Made by a program: the position numbers and the translations under genes. The notes under the pieces are model-generated. The model worked only from the letters and a program-made list of their open reading frames with translations, ran no database searches and was not told the DNA's origin. From NCBI RefSeq assembly GCF_963921235.1, contig NC_086107.1:105836001-105900000 (forward strand): a DNA stretch of 64,000 bases, in the 5' to 3' direction. Shown here in pieces: positions 25,950-40,133 of this stretch; position 1 is the first letter of the stretch, and each line of letters starts with the position of its first letter. Source of the DNA: Mobula hypostoma. Lineage: Eukaryota.

Positions 25950-26810
25950 ACTGCCTGGCGTTTAGGATAGCCATGAAGGTCACACAAACCGATCTTCCGT
26001 CCTTGGACTCACTTTACACCGCACGCTGTCGGAGCAGTGCTGCCAGGAAATCAAGGACACGACCCACCCAGCCAACACACTTTTCATCCCTCTTCCCTCC
26101 GGGAGAAGGCTCAGGAGCTTGAAGGCTTGTACGGCCAGATTTGGGAACAGCTTCTTTCCAACTGTGATAAGACTGCAGAACGGATCCTGACCCGGATCTG
26201 GGCCATACTCTCTAAATATCCGGACCCGCCTCTCAGTTTTTTTGCACTACCTTACTTTCCATTTTTCTATTTTCTATTTATGATTTACAATTTAAATTTT
26301 TAATATTTACTAATTTTTACTATTTTTAATATTTTAAATATTTAATATTTGTAATCCAGGGAGCGGGAAGCGCAGAATCAAATATCGCTGCGATGATTGT
26401 ACGTTCTAGTACCAATTGTTTGGTGACAATAAAGTATAAAGTAAAGTAAAGGTCCCCCATCTCTGGTGACGTTCAGGGCTTCCTTCATCATGTCAGTAGC
26501 CTCCTCTCGGTTTTCACTACTGTCAGTCATGCAGATTCCAGGTGAAAACTCAGGAATACCATTGCACTCAGATGTAGAAAGGTTCTTCATTACTGTTTCC
26601 GTAATAATTTTGTTTAACCAATCAGGGTTGTTAGCCCTGAACCTAGAGGACTGGTGGACCTCTCTTAGTCTGGGCTCTAACCTTTGACCTGTTTGGCATG
26701 GGTGACCCGACCAAGAGCCAAAGTATAAAGCCCTGACTCCAGCCAACACTGCTCTCCGAGTCACTGAGGCTCGCAAGCCTCCAAACCCTACGATAATGCT
26801 GTGGTCCTTT
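25950..26810 (-). mobile_element. Bipartite RTE-derived element split by a plus-strand Rex1-like 3' fragment (25981-26450)
   Basis: Homologous to 1-256; (taag)n tail at ~25950; insert encodes RFGNSFFPTVIRL, has a taaag tail and is bounded by aaggtc on both sides. Confidence 0.7.
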
Positions 26811-27064
26811 TGAGGAGCCCAATAGATATAGAATGAAAAACCAAGGCAGAAGGAATAAAGAGAGAAAGTACGGACTCAGTCGGAGGAGAGGACAAATTTT
26901 TAAAAATCTTGAAAATTGATTTGATAACTTGAGTTGTTCTCTAGTTTTATATCGGGAGGGAGGGAAGCAACAGTACAGCAGCTGGTAGAGACGCTACTCA
27001 CCCCAGCCCCAGCACCATCAATCCAGGTTCAATTCTGACCTTTGGTGCTGTCCCTGTAGAGTTT

Positions 27065-27510
27065 ACATAAGATCATAAGATATAGGAGCAGAATTAGGCC
27101 ATTTGGCCCATTGAGTTTGCTTCACCTTTTCATCATGGCTGATCCATTTTCCCTCTCAATCCCAACTTTTGTCTTCTCCCTGTATCCCTTCATGGCCTGA
27201 CTAATCAAGAATCTATCATCCTCTGCCTTAGATATACCCAATGACCTGGCCTCCACAGCTGCCTATGGCAACAGATTCCACAGATTCACCACCCTCAGAC
27301 TGAAGATATTCCTCCTCATCTCCATTCTAAAAGGACGCCCTTCTATTTTGAGGCTGTGTCCCCTGGTCCTAAACTCCCCCATCATAGGAAATATCCTCCC
27401 CACATCCTCTCTATCAAGGCCTTTCAACATTTGATAGGTTTCAATGAGGTCATTCTTCTGAAAGCCAGTGAGTAGAGGCTCAGAGCCCTCAAACACTCTT
27501 CATATGACGA
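27065..27510 (-). mobile_element. CR1 3' fragment nested in a SINE
   Basis: DLIETYQMLKGLDR...RVVNLWNLLP. Confidence 0.88.
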
Positions 27511-29067
27511 GTCTTGCCATATGACATGTTCTCACCAAGACCGTGTGGGCTTCCTCCAAGGGTCCCATATCCCAATGACCAGTGGGTTGGTAGTATAATT
27601 GCCCCTATTCAGAGAATAGAGATGACTGATGGAATCTGAGGGAGCGGAGAATGGAAAACTGATGAGTGTGTGATGCAAATAAAATGATTTCGGGTAGAAT
27701 TGGTGTAAAATTAGGCCTTGATGGCTGGCGTGGATTTGATGGAATTAAAGTAATAAAAGCTGGCACCAGCAATCAATGCTACCGTGGGTGACATTCACCA
27801 GATAGTTCACAAAACCGTACCTTTCACTTGTTTTCTGTCTTCTTTTTATTTTAAATGCGTCTCTGGTACTGTTGGAGCCTGTGATCCACAGTCTATGTAT
27901 TTGGGCCAATTGAGTGACCTCGTGCTTTGCAGTCTCCGAGAAGATTCCAGGGGGCAAGTGACCTCAAGGCCAAGAAGCTTGGAAGCCCACGGTCGACTCC
28001 ATTTCTCGCCGATCTCACCGATTAAAGCGTTGAGGAAGGTTGAAGCATCAAGACAAGTGTGGAAGGCTAACGGGTGCTCAGCACTCTCTACCAGCCTCTC
28101 GCTTGTTGCTGCCGGAGGAAGGTGTCTGGGTGTGACGTTCTCTCACTCGCTGCTCCTGGGGGAAGGCCCTCGCGTTCAAATGATTTCTCTCTCTCCCCCT
28201 CGATGTCGGAGGATGGTACTGAAATTCTGGGGCTGCGCTGTGTGGATTGCACTCGGACTCTTCCAACTTTACGTTTTTATGTTTTGTGTTTTCACCCATT
28301 CTTTCTTGCTGTCGCTTGTGCAATTTGATTTTTTTGTGGGGAGGTGGGTTTTAATGTTCTTGTTGCCATTTGCGCATGGGGGTGTTTGATGCTCTTGTTG
28401 TAATTTGTGCAATTTGTTCTTTTTTGTGCGTGGGGGGGTGATGTGGTGATATTTTTCTTTTCAATGGCTTCCATGGTTGTCTTTGTTCCGTGGCTCTCTG
28501 GAGAAGATGAATCTCAGAGTTGTATACTGCATACATACTTTGGTAATAAATGTACCTTGAACCTTGAACTTTGAACTGAAAGAGCCATTCTGCGTGGCAG
28601 CTTTTTGTGCTATGTAAAAGTCTCCCAAATGATAGAATGTTACATACTGACACCCCACAACCCTCTTGGGTAGAGAATTCCGAAGATTCACTCACCAACC
28701 TTTGGGTGCAGAAATATCATCTCATCTCTTGGCCAAATCCTTACTTTGGGAGTGTGCGTGCTCCTGGTGACCTGACTCAGAAATATCATCAGTTAATAAA
28801 ATCCGAAAACCCGCAGAGGCAAGACATCCAAAACAAAAACTGAAGGCGCTGGAAATTCTCGGCGGGTCAGGCAGCATCTGCGTGAGGAGAAACAGATAAT
28901 GTTTCACTTTGAAGGTCCGAGGGGTTCCCAACCTGGGGTCCACGGACCACTTGCTTAGTGGCATTGGTCCATGGCACAAAAAGTGTTGGGAACCCCTGTT
29001 CTAGAACTATAAGCCCCTTAGAATGATCTTTCAGTGAGACTTACCTCGAATTGTTCAAACTCTAGAC

Positions 29068-29810
29068 CAACCTTTTTTACACCGCGGACCGGTTTAATAT
29101 TGACAATATTCTTGCAGACCGGCCGAATGGGGGGAGGTGTTTGAGTAGGGTTAAACTCACCTCAGCATGACTTTTACAGTTAGGGTTGCCAACCTTCTCA
29201 CTCCCAAATAAGGGACAAAAGTAGCAGTCAAATCCTGGGACACTTTACCCCAGGAAAGACTACCATGACCATGAAGCCTTGCGCGGGCACCTGTGTGCGC
29301 ATGCGCGTATGTGAGGATTCTTTTCCCCCACAAATTGGTTTTGCCTTCATCTTCCCGACTACACTATACATACATTATTTCTACTCTATATAGGCTGTGT
29401 ATTTATCATATCGTTCCTGCTTTTACTATAGGTTAGTGTTATTTATTTTCGGTTTTATGTGTTATTTGGTATGATTTGTTAGGTCATTTTTTGGATCTGG
29501 GAACGCTCAAAAATTTTTCCCCTATAAATTAATGGTAATTGCTTCTTCGCTTTACGCCATTTCGGCTTACAAACGGTTTCATAGGAACGCTCTACTTTAG
29601 CCGGGGAAATACGGGACAAGGGCGGTCCCGTATGGGACAAACCAATTTAGCCCAATATACGGGGTGTCCCGGCTAATACGGAACAGTTGGCAACCCTATG
29701 GTCAAGTTCAACAGTGCGTGACAGGGAATGAGGAAAGGTGCAGCTGACTCATATCGTTTCATCACGGCCTGGTAGCACATGCTTCGCGGCCCGGTGGTTG
29801 GGGACCGCTG
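29068..29810. mobile_element. hAT-Charlie-type non-autonomous transposon containing a second TIR element (29181-29698)
   Basis: 8-bp TSD ctctagac at 29060-29067 and 29811-29818; inner TIRs tagggttgccaac / gttggcaacccta. Confidence 0.85.
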
Positions 29811-30714
29811 CTCTAGACAGTAGAATTAGAATCAGGTTTATCATCACTGACGTACGGCATGTCGTGAAATTTGTTGTTTTGTGGCAGCAGTACTGTGCAG
29901 GACATAAAACAATACTATGAGTAACAGCAATATATAAATCATGCAAAGAGGAATAATGAGGTAGTGTTCATGGGTTCATGGACCATTCAGAAATCCGATG
30001 ACAGAGGGGAAAAAGCTGTTCTTAAATAGTTGAGTGTGGGTCTTCAGGCCTCTGTTCCTCCTCCCCTGATGGTAGCAATGAGACCAGGGCGCGGTGAAGG
30101 CCCTTAATGATGGATGCCAGCTTTGTGAGGCACTGCCTTTTGAAGATGCCCTCAATGGTGGGCTTAGATCCAAAAACAGGCTCTTTGGCCCATCTAGTCC
30201 GTGCTGAACCACTTGAGCAGCCTACTGCCCTCGATCTACACCGGGACCATAGCCCTCCACACCTCTATCATCCAGGTACCTATCCTAACCTTTCTCAAAT
30301 GTTGAAATCGAGCTCGCATGCACCATGTGCTGGCAGTTTGTTCCACACTCTCATGGCCCTCTGAGTGAAGAAGTTTCCCTTCATGTTCCCCTTAAACTTT
30401 GCACCTTCACCTTTAACCCATGACCTCTGGTTGTCCAACCCAACCTCCGTGGGAAACGCTTCCTTGCATTTACCCCGTCTATTCCCCTCATAATTCTGCA
30501 TACCTCCGCTGTGCCTGTGATGAGGCTGGTTGAGTCTACAACCCACTCCAGCCTAATCGTCGAGGCCCAATTGGCTCGGTCGCTCCTCCTATGACAATAA
30601 CTTCCATGCCATATCTTGTTGGCTCAGGCATCTGACAGTGATCTCCCCTCCCCTCTTCTAGACCTTTGACCTGTCAACCACCAACCCCTTCACACCAGGT
30701 AGGGTTACACTCAC

Positions 30715-30964
30715 CTGGATCCATTCCTATCCAGCTTTTGCAGATGGTTACCAGGATTGTCTTCTCCTCCTGCCCCTGCAATATCACCTCCGTCGCCCTG
30801 CGAGGATCTCATCCCAAACCCTTCTTGTTCTCGAGCAAGTATTGCCCCATGGCACATCGCCCAAAAGCACAATGCGGGGGCTGGTGACCTCGAGTTCTGT
30901 CTGACCAACACCTCTCCCTGTCCAACAGCTCTAAACAGTGAGACTGTCTGTCTGATGTCCGGCT
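30715..30964 (-). other. Candidate exon of an unknown gene or lncRNA
   Basis: Acceptor tctctgcttttccag, consensus donor cag|gtgagt, one fully open frame; peptide not recognised. Confidence 0.3.
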
Positions 30965-32329
30965 CTGGAAAAGCAGAGATTCCCCCACAGTACTGAAGAG
31001 GCTGAAGCCACTGTCTCGGTGTGAGAGCAGCATTTTCTACCAAAAAAAAACCAGGCCTCATGACTCTTTTGCCCTGGTGACTGTCTGGGGTCAAACCAGA
31101 CTGTTCACAACCTCAGTATCATGTGTACCCCAAGATGGATGCCAGAACATGCACCTGCACCTTCTGTATTTGTTTCACATCTCCTGCGTGTCCAAAACAA
31201 AGACTTGGCCAAGAGGTGAGATGACAATTCTTCACCTGAAGAGTGGTGAACCTTTGGAAACCTCTACCCAAGAAGTTTGTGTAACTCAGATAATTGAGAT
31301 TAATTCAAAAGGGATTGATAGATTTTTACATACAAATGGAATCAAAGATAATGGATTACTGCAAGAACATGACACTGAGGTAAAAGAACAGCCATGATTT
31401 CTTCAATGATAGGGCAGGTATGAGGGGCAGAATGGCCTCCTCCTTAAAGTCATATTCAGTGAAACAGGGACACCTCTTTTTCCTCTATTGGGGAGCGAGA
31501 GTGAGCCTGTGGTATATTGAATTATCGGATGAACGAGTAGTGTTTGGGGTACTGCAAGTCTGTGTCTTTATTGATGCTTTGCTGCACACTTGAGTGCTCG
31601 GTGGAGGGCGCTGATCCTTTTTTGCTGGTGGGGGATTGTTGCCTTGCTGCTGCTTGTGCGTGGGAGGGGGGAGCTGGTGGTGGGGGGCTTTGGGATTTTA
31701 ACTGTCATCCATTCTTTGGGGCACTTCTTTTCGTGGATGTTTGTGAAGAAAAAGAATTTCAGGATGTATATTGTATACATTTCTCTGACATTAAATGTAC
31801 CTATTGAAACCTACCTACTTAAAGTCATACAGCACAGAAACAGGCCCTTCAGCCCATTGTGTCCATGCTGACCAAGATTCCCATGTAAATAAGTCCCATT
31901 TGTTTGCATTTCCCTATATTTATTTAAAACTTTCTATGTATGCATCAAGTGCCATTTAAATGTTGTTTATATTCCTGCAAGAACCACTTTTTCTGCAGCT
32001 CATTCCATATACTGACCAGCCACTGGGTGAAAAATTTGTCCCTCAGGTTTCTATTAAATCTCTCCCGTCTCTTCCCCCTCAATGTCCTCTATTCCTGACT
32101 CTCCAATTCTGGGAAAAAAAAAGATGTCTCTCTATCATCTTAGGGCCTTATGAGGGGGAACAAGAGGGATTTTTAACTATTTTGTTGCGCTCGTCTTGGC
32201 TTCTCGCTGCATGAGTACAATGTTCTCTACAAAAAGTAACACCTTTAAGATTTTAACACCTTTAAGCTCCCACTTTAAGATTAATACTTAGCCTAGATTT
32301 TTATATATTGGTATTCCTAGGAGTCAAAG

Positions 32330-32975
32330 TCTCCGAGGATCTAATCCTAGACCCAACATATCAATGCAGCTTCAAAGAAGGCAGGACAGCAGCTTTATTT
32401 CATTAGGAGTTTGAGGAGATTTGGTTTGTCACCAAATTTCGACAGGTGTACCGTGGAGAGCGTTCTGACTGGCTGCATCACCGTCTGGTATGGGGGGCCG
32501 GGGTGGTGCATGGCTACTGCACAGGACCGAAATAAGATGCAGAGGTTGGAAGCTCAGTCAGCGACATGGGCACGAGCCTCCGTAGCATCCAGGACAGTTT
32601 CAGGGAGCGATGCCTCAAAAAGGCGGCGTCCATCATTAAGGACCCCCACCACCCAAGTCATGCCTTGTTCTCACTGCTACCATCAGGGAGGAGGTACAGG
32701 AGCCTGAAGACACACACTCAACGATTCAGGAACAGCTTCTTCCCCTTTGCCATCCGACTTCTGAATGGACACTGAACCCGTGAACATTACCTCACTGAGT
32801 CTTATTTCTATCTTTGCACTGCTTATTTAATTTAACTACATTTAACTATATATATATATATACATACATTTACCATACTTCACATTTTTTCTATTACCAT
32901 GCATTACATCGTACTGCTGCCACAAAATCAACAAATTTCAGGACATATGCCGGCGATATTAAACCCGATTCTGAT
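32330..32975 (+). mobile_element. Rex1/Babar LINE 3' fragment
   Basis: RCTVESVLTGCITVWYG; ASIIKDPHHP...LLPSGRRYRS...RFRNSFFP. Confidence 0.9.
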
Positions 32976-33084
32976 ATTTTTCACTTGGCGCTGCAGAGTT
33001 AGGGAGCTGTCGTCACTTGGACCGGCTAAGTGGTTCGTCGGCTAACATCAAGGGAATGCCCTGACTCTGGAGATGAGCTGCAGA

Positions 33085-33348
33085 CAATAGACAATAGGTG
33101 CAGGAGTAGGCCATTCGGCCCTTCGAGCCAGCACCACCATTCACTGTGATCACGGCTGATCATCCACAATCAGTATCCAGTTCCTGCCTTCTCCCCATAT
33201 CCCTTCACTCCGCCATCTTTAAGAGCTCTATCTAACTCTTTCTTGGAAGAATCCAGAGAATTGGCCTCTACTGCCTTCTGAGGCAGAGCATTCCACAGAT
33301 CCACAATCCTCTGTGTGAAAAAGTTTTTCCTCAACTCCGTTCCAAATG
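33085..33348 (-). mobile_element. Young CR1 3' end
   Basis: KNFFTQRIVDLWNALPQ; gacaata tail; near-identical to 49490-49755. Confidence 0.9.
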
Positions 33349-34289
33349 GTAAGTGGTGGCACACCAGTGGTTCCCCTGTGACCCGATGTTGGGCAAAACC
33401 GACCCCTAGAGACTGCGAGAGCCGAAGTGCCTCTCATCTTCAGCACGCTGCGGGATTGCCCCAGATTCCAAGCGCTTCCCGAAAGAGGATCAACACTAGG
33501 ACTGTCCGTCGGCCTTGCCTTGAACTTGCTGAGGGGCTGCTGAGCTCGATATATGCGTCAGGTTTGTGCTGAGCGTAGCAGTACGGGCTGCGGTTTCGGT
33601 GCGGCCCACACCTCTGACTAGGGGCTCTGATGTTTAAGCAGCTCAGCGGGTTTTTCAGCAGTAAGAGGCCGTGAGGACTGTTTATTTTCCTGAGGCAGGT
33701 TTATTGTGGCGGCTATTCAGAGAGGGGGGGGTGTGGTCAAGGATTTTCCAAGGGGCGTTTGTACTCTCTGCATCTCCACAGGTACACTGGTCTTATTTCC
33801 TTCCATGAAAAAGCATGCTAATTACTCCAAAATAAGGTGACTTTTATTTCAATTAGTACAAGAACGGAGCCCTTTCGCCTGAATAATCAATCACGCTATA
33901 GATCTAGTATTTTGTGTGTGTTGCTCAGTATTTCCAGCGTCTGCAGAACCTCTCAAGTTTCATGGATTTAAGTCGCTATCAGTTATGCAGGACTGTCCTG
34001 TTGAGCATCTCCAGAAATGTTGGGCGTACCTCGGCCGACTTGAGGACTGAACCGAGGCTGGCACTGCGGTGGTGTTGGAGGGCTGAGGATCCCGGCTCAC
34101 TTACCCTCCCAGGGGCATAAAACACCCCAATGGCCCCTTACTGAAGGAAGGCAGGAGAGAGCCAAATTGTTCTCATCATCAATATTATGCGCCACGTCGT
34201 ATGACGTGGACGATCATGGTTTTTCCATGACCCATGACCTTGATCGTTCTTGGCATATCTTTTTACCAGAAAGGTTTGCTATTGCCGCC

Positions 34290-34870
34290 TTCTGATACCA
34301 GTGTCACATCAAGTCCTTGGAGCGCTTCCACATAAGCTGCCTCCAGCGCATCCTGGGAATTACCTGGCGTGAGTGGGTGCCTCACACTGAAATACTTGTA
34401 AAGACCAACTACAGGAGTATTGAGGCCATGATCACCCAGCGCCAGCTGCAGTGGCTGGGGCATGTGATAAGGATGCTCCCATGTCGGCTACCCCGCAGAG
34501 TGTTATACGGCCAGCTACATCATGGTCGACGCTCAGCTGGAGGGTCGAAGAAGCACTATAAGGATCAGATGAAGAATGCTTTAAGGAAGTGCAGGATCAG
34601 ACCCGAGGACCTGGAGGATGTTGCTGCTGACCGTACCACTTGATGACAGCTGTATAGGGACGGGGTTTGTATCCTGGAGATGGAAAGAACAACCAGAAGA
34701 CAGCAGAAGCGAGCCAGGAGAAATGCAGCCATGGTTGCCATCACTACTACATATACATGTCCCACCTGCAATAGAGCTTGTGGGTCCAGGATAGGACTGT
34801 ATAGTCATCAAAGATCTCATCGTTAAAGGAGTGGACATCGTCATCGGATTTCGATGGACAATCGAAGAAG
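34290..34870 (+). mobile_element. RTE LINE 3' fragment nested in a minus-strand RTE-related short element (34165-35152)
   Basis: ERFHISCLQRILGITW...QLQWLGHVIRM...RLPRRVLYGQL; C-terminal CPTCNRACGSRIGLYSH; (gaa)n tail. Confidence 0.9.
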
Positions 34871-35959
34871 AAGTCTTTGCAAGATGGGTGACCCCAGCCA
34901 TTATCAAAACCCTTCAGAGATTGTCTGCCTGGAGTCAGTGGTCGCATAACCAGGACTTGTAAAATGCACCATCTGCTCATGCAACCATCCGCTCATACAA
35001 CTATCCGCCACCTGCTCCCATGACTTCACGTGACCCTGATTGGGGGGATTAAGCAGGTGCCACACCTCGCCCAAGGCTGACCTCCAGGCTAGCGGAGGAA
35101 GGAGCGCCTTCCACCTCCTTTGGTAGAGATGTATCTCCACCCCGTCACCCAAATCCGTACTATATCACTCACGCACACGACCCGGTCTCCATCATGGGGC
35201 ATTTTCTGGTCCTGCCCTGTGTGTAGTCACAAGTTAGAGCTCTGTTAGTGCAGAAACAGGCCCTTCGACCCATCGAGTCTCTTCCGACCCATTTACAACA
35301 ATCCCCCATCGATCCTATTTCATACTCCTCACACTCTCACCGGGGCGCTATGGTGACGTGGCGGTTAGCACAACATTATTACAGCCCGGGGCGCCAGAAT
35401 TTGGAGTTCCACTCCACCGTCCTCTGTAAGGAATCTGAATGTCCTCCCCGTGGAATGTGCGGGTTTGCCCAAAGTGCTCTGGTTTCCTCCCACCGTCCAG
35501 ATTGTACCGGGTAGGTTAACTGGTCATTGTAAGTGGTCCCATGATGAAGGTAGTGTTAAATCGAGGTTGTGGGGTTGCTGGGTGACACGGCTGGAAGGAC
35601 TGGGAGGGCCTATTGCACACTGTGTCATTAACTCCCCCCCCCCACCCACAGCCCCCACCACCTCACTTAGCAACACCCAATTAACCTGCCAACCCACACG
35701 CCTGTAGGATATGGGGGGGAAACTGAGGAGCTCTGAGGAAACCTGTGTATTCACAGGGAGGACGTGCAAACTCCACACAGACAGTGCCACAGGTCAGAAT
35801 CGAACATGTGTCACTGGAACTGTGTGCTTCCTTCATTACCAAAATAATCGCACTTCAAAACGTACCTCGGGGTGGAGTTTCATGGGTCGCGTTTCAGGGG
35901 TGGAATTTTGGGGCTGGAGTCTGGACGTTGACAGAGACCAGACTGATGTAAAATAAATG

Positions 35960-37625
35960 TTTAACATCATCATTCCTACAGTTCTGATGAAAAAGCTCCA
36001 AAACCTGGGCTTCTGTACCTCCCTCTGCAAATGTATCTTCACTTCCTCACTTTAAGACCACTATCTGTGTGAATCGGAACTAACTTCTCCTCCTCGCTGA
36101 CAATCAACAATGCCGCACCTCAGGGATGTGTGCTTAGCCCACTGCTCTATTCTCTCTGCACCCTCGACTGTGTGGCCAGGCACAGCTCGAATGCCATCTA
36201 TGACTATTGTTGACAGAATTTTAGATGGGGGCAAGAGGGCATACAGGAGCGAGATATATCAGCTAGTTGAGTGGTGCTGTAGCCACAACCTTGCACATCA
36301 TTAAGACCAAAGAACTGATTGTGGACTTTGGAAAGGGTCAGACAAGGGAACACACACCAGTCCTCGTAGAGGGATTTCCTGAGGAGACTGAGGTCCTTTA
36401 ACATCTGCCGGACGATGCTGAGGATGTTCTACGAGTCTGTGGTGGTCAGTGCGATCATGTTTGCTGTTGTGTGCTGGGGCAGCAGGCTGAGGGTAGCAGA
36501 CACCAACAGAATCAACAAACTCATTCGTAAGGCCAGTGATGTTGTGGGGATGGGACTGGACTCTCTCACGGTGGTGTCTGAAAAGAGGATGCTGTCCAAG
36601 TTGCATGCCATCTTGGACAATGTCTCCCATCTACTACATAATGTACTGGGTGGGCACAGGAGTACATTCAGCCAGAGACTCATTCCACCGAGATGCAACA
36701 CAGAGCGTCATAGGAAGTCATTCCTGCCTGTGGCCATCAAACTTTACAACTCCTCCCTTGGAGGGTCAGACACCCTGAGCCAATAGGCTGGTCCTGGACT
36801 TATTTCCATCTGGCATAATTTACATATTGTTATTTAATTATTTAAGGTTTCATATTGCTATATTTGTACTCTATTCTTGGTTGGTGCAACTGTAATGAAA
36901 CCTAATTTCCCTCGGGATCAATAAAGTATGTATGTCTATCTATCTATCTATCTAGAAGTAGAAAGAGTGAGCAATCTCAAGATCCTGGTGTCAACATCTC
37001 TGAGGATCTAACCTGGTCCCAACGTTATCAATGCAGCTACAAAGAAAGCAGGACAGCGGCTATGTTTCATTAGGAGTTTGAGGAGATTTGGTTTGTCGCC
37101 AAAGACACTCGCAAATTTCTGCAGATGTATCATTTAGAGCATTCTAACTGGCTGCATCTGCATCACTGCACAGGATCAAAGTAAGCTGCAGAAAGTTGCG
37201 AACTCAGTCCGCTCCATCATGGGCACTGGCCTCCCCTGTATCCTGGACATCTTCAAGGAGCGATGCCTCAAAAAGGCGTGTCCATCATTAAGGACCCCCA
37301 TCACCCAGGACATGCCCTCTTCTCATTGCTACCATCAGGAAGGAGGTACAGAAGCCTGAAGGCACACACTCAATGATTCAGGAACAGCTCCTTCCCCTCT
37401 GCCGTCTGAGTTCTGAATGGACGTTGAATCCACAAACACTACCTCAATACTTTCCCCCCTCTTTTTGCACTACTCATTTAATTTAATTTTTAAAATATGT
37501 ATATACTTACTGTAATTTACAACAACAATAATGTTTTTACGATTATGTATTGCATTGTACTGCTTCTGCATAACAACATATTTCACCACATATGCCGGTG
37601 ATACTGGACCTGATCCTGATTCTGA
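35960..37625 (+). mobile_element. Old Rex1/Babar LINE with a young Rex1/Babar insert at 36376-36955
   Basis: PQGCVLSPLLYSL, KTKELIVDF; insert matches 13527-14060. Confidence 0.87.
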
Positions 37626-38021
37626 TACGTGAGCCTTGAAACTTCGTCTCCTTGCTGAGCAGACAATCCCTCCTGTTCCTGTCATGAACAAAGAAGATAC
37701 GACACAAGCGAACATCTCTGCCAGGCTGATTGTTTCCATCGGCGAGGGGTCTCTCTCTCGAGAGGGAGTTCAATACCTCAAGCTCTCTGGCCAGCTCACT
37801 GGAACGTTTCAGCGCCACTGACCGAACACAACCAGTAGAGGGCGACAGAGGCTTCAAATCCGGATTCACCAGCGATCTCGATTTCAGCCCCTTGTCTATT
37901 TCACACCCCCCACCCCCAGCTCTACTTCACCCATCCTCCCTCTCCCGGTTTCACCTAGCACCTGCCACCTCATACTTCTTCCTCCCCTCCCCCCACCTTC
38001 ACACTCTGACCCCTTCCTGTC

Positions 38022-38063
38022 CAGTCCTGAGGAAGGGTCTCAGCCCGAAACGTCGATCGACTG
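38022..38063 (+). ncRNA. PLE hammerhead motif with a 4-nt duplication after the cleavage triplet
   Basis: cagtc CTGAGGA agggtctcagccc GAAAC GTC gatcgactg. Confidence 0.6.
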
Positions 38064-38117
38064 TTTACTCTTCTCCATAGACGCTGCCCGGCCTGCTGAG
38101 TTCCTCCAGCATTTTAG

Positions 38118-39058
38118 AACATAGAACATAGAATAGTACAGCACAGTACAGGCCCTCCGGCCCACAATGTTGTGCCGACCCTCAAACCCTGCCTCCCATA
38201 TAAGCCCCCACCTTAGATTCCTCCATATACCTGTCTAGTAGTCTCTTAAACTTCACTAGTGTATCTGCCTCCACCATTGACTCAGGCAGTGCATTCCACA
38301 CACCAACCACTCTCTGAGTAAAAAACCTTCCTCTAATATCCCCCTTGAACTTCCCACCCCTTACCTTAAAGCCATGTCCTCTTGTATTGAGCAGTGGTAC
38401 CCTGGGGAAGAGGCGCTGGCTATCCACTCTATCTATTCTTCTTATTATCTTGTACACCTCTATCATGTCTCCTCTCATCCTCCTTCTCTCCAAAGTTTAA
38501 AGCCCTAGCTCCCTTAATCTCTGATCATAATGCATACTTTCTAAACCAGGCAGCATCCTGGTAAATCTCCTCTGTACCCTTTCCAATGCTTCCACATCCT
38601 TCCTGTAGTGAGGTGACCAGAACTGGACACAATACTCCAAGTGTGGCCTAACCAGAGTTTTATAGAGTTGCATCATTACATCGCGACTCTTAAACTCTAT
38701 CCCTCGACTTATGAAAGCTAACACCCCATAAGCTTTCTTAACTACCCTATCTACCTGTGAGGCAACTTTCAGGGATCCGTGGACATGTACCCCGAGATCC
38801 CTCTGCTCCTCCACTCTACCAAGTATCCTGCCATTTACTTTGTACTCTGCCTTGGAGTTTGTCCTTCCAAAGTTTACCACCTCACACTTCTCCGGGTTGA
38901 ACTCCATCTGTCACTTCTCAGCCCACTTCTGCATCCTATCAATGTCTCAACAATCTTCTACACTATCTACAACACCACCAATCTTTGTGTCGTCTGCAAA
39001 CTTGTCAACCCAGCCTTCTACCCCCACATCCAGGTCGTTAATAAAAATCACGAAAAGA
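38118..39058 (-). mobile_element. Young CR1 3' fragment
   Basis: FINDLD...KFADDTK, MEFNPEKCEVV, LVRPHLEYCVQFW. Confidence 0.95.
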
Positions 39059-40133
39059 CTTTGAGTGCGTTGCTTTGGATTTCCAGTGTCTGCAGATTTT
39101 GAAGCGGAGTGAGTTTGAGGAGACCATGCACACACCACCCAGTAACTCATATATTTAATTCCAGCGCAGTCACGGGACAATTTACCAATTAAACGGTGCG
39201 TCTTTGGACTCTGGGAGGAAACCGGGGCACCCGGAGGAAACCCACGCGCTCAAGGGAAGGACGTACAAACTTCTGACAGAACTCAGAGCTCTGGCACCTC
39301 AGGCTGTAAGAGCATCGCACTAACTGCTACGCTACCATGGCGCCCTAGATTACATTCGCTTTATTTGTCACGTCGACGTGAAAACATCAAAGCAGGGAAA
39401 TGTGTCGTTTGCTTCAATGACCAAGGATGACCGGGGGGTGGGGGTGGGGGCAGCCCGCAGGTGTCGCCAGGCTTCCGGTGCCAACGTAGCGTGCCCACAA
39501 CTCACGGACCCAAACTTGTACGTCTTTGGACTCTGGGAGGAAACTGGAACACCCGGTGGAAACCCACACGTTCATGGGGAGACCACACAAACTCCTTACA
39601 AACCGCAATGGGAATCGAGCCCGGGTCGCTGGCGCTACGAAGCATTACTCTAATCGCTATGTGACCGTGCTGCCCGCAAACCCGTCATCCCCACCCCCCC
39701 ACCCCCAGGTCCCACCCCTCCCCCGCATGCTAGGAGCAACTTGCAGCGGCCTGATTGTCCGACTCATTCCTCCATCTCTGGAACGTGGGCAGAAGCCGGA
39801 GCACCCGGAGGAAACCCAAGTGGCGGCAGGGGGAGCCTGCAGACTCCGCCTGGACAGCCCCGGAGGTCAGGATCGAACCTGGTCCCTGGAGTTGTGAGGC
39901 AGAAGTTCACAGACTCATGCGCTCCCCTTTGGAACCAGAGCTTTTCACCAGCAGAGCAGTTTTCTTTCGTGGTGGAACCCACAAGATGCTGAGAAACTCA
40001 ACGGGTCAGGCAGCATCTGTGGAGGAAAATAAACTGTTGCTATTTCAAGTTGGAAAACTTCATTCAGAAGGACCTCGAACCAAAATACGACTGTCCATAT
40101 CCTTTCACGGATGCTGCCTGAGTTCCTCTAGCA

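Larger units (their letters stand above)
37475..39127 (+). repeat. Left arm of an inverted duplication (partner 45320-46545)
   Basis: Non-repeat segment 37626-37890 is the reverse complement of ~45640-45900; match continues at 39101-39127 versus 45321-45347. Confidence 0.9.

Noticed and set aside
28680..28775. Minus-strand exon with gtgagt donor
   Set aside because: Sequence is a decayed CR1 3' region, similar to 31200-31280
37543..37869. Protein-coding reading of the duplicated core (also 45618-45941)
   Set aside because: The two copies differ by internal frame-shifting indels, which argues against coding constraint
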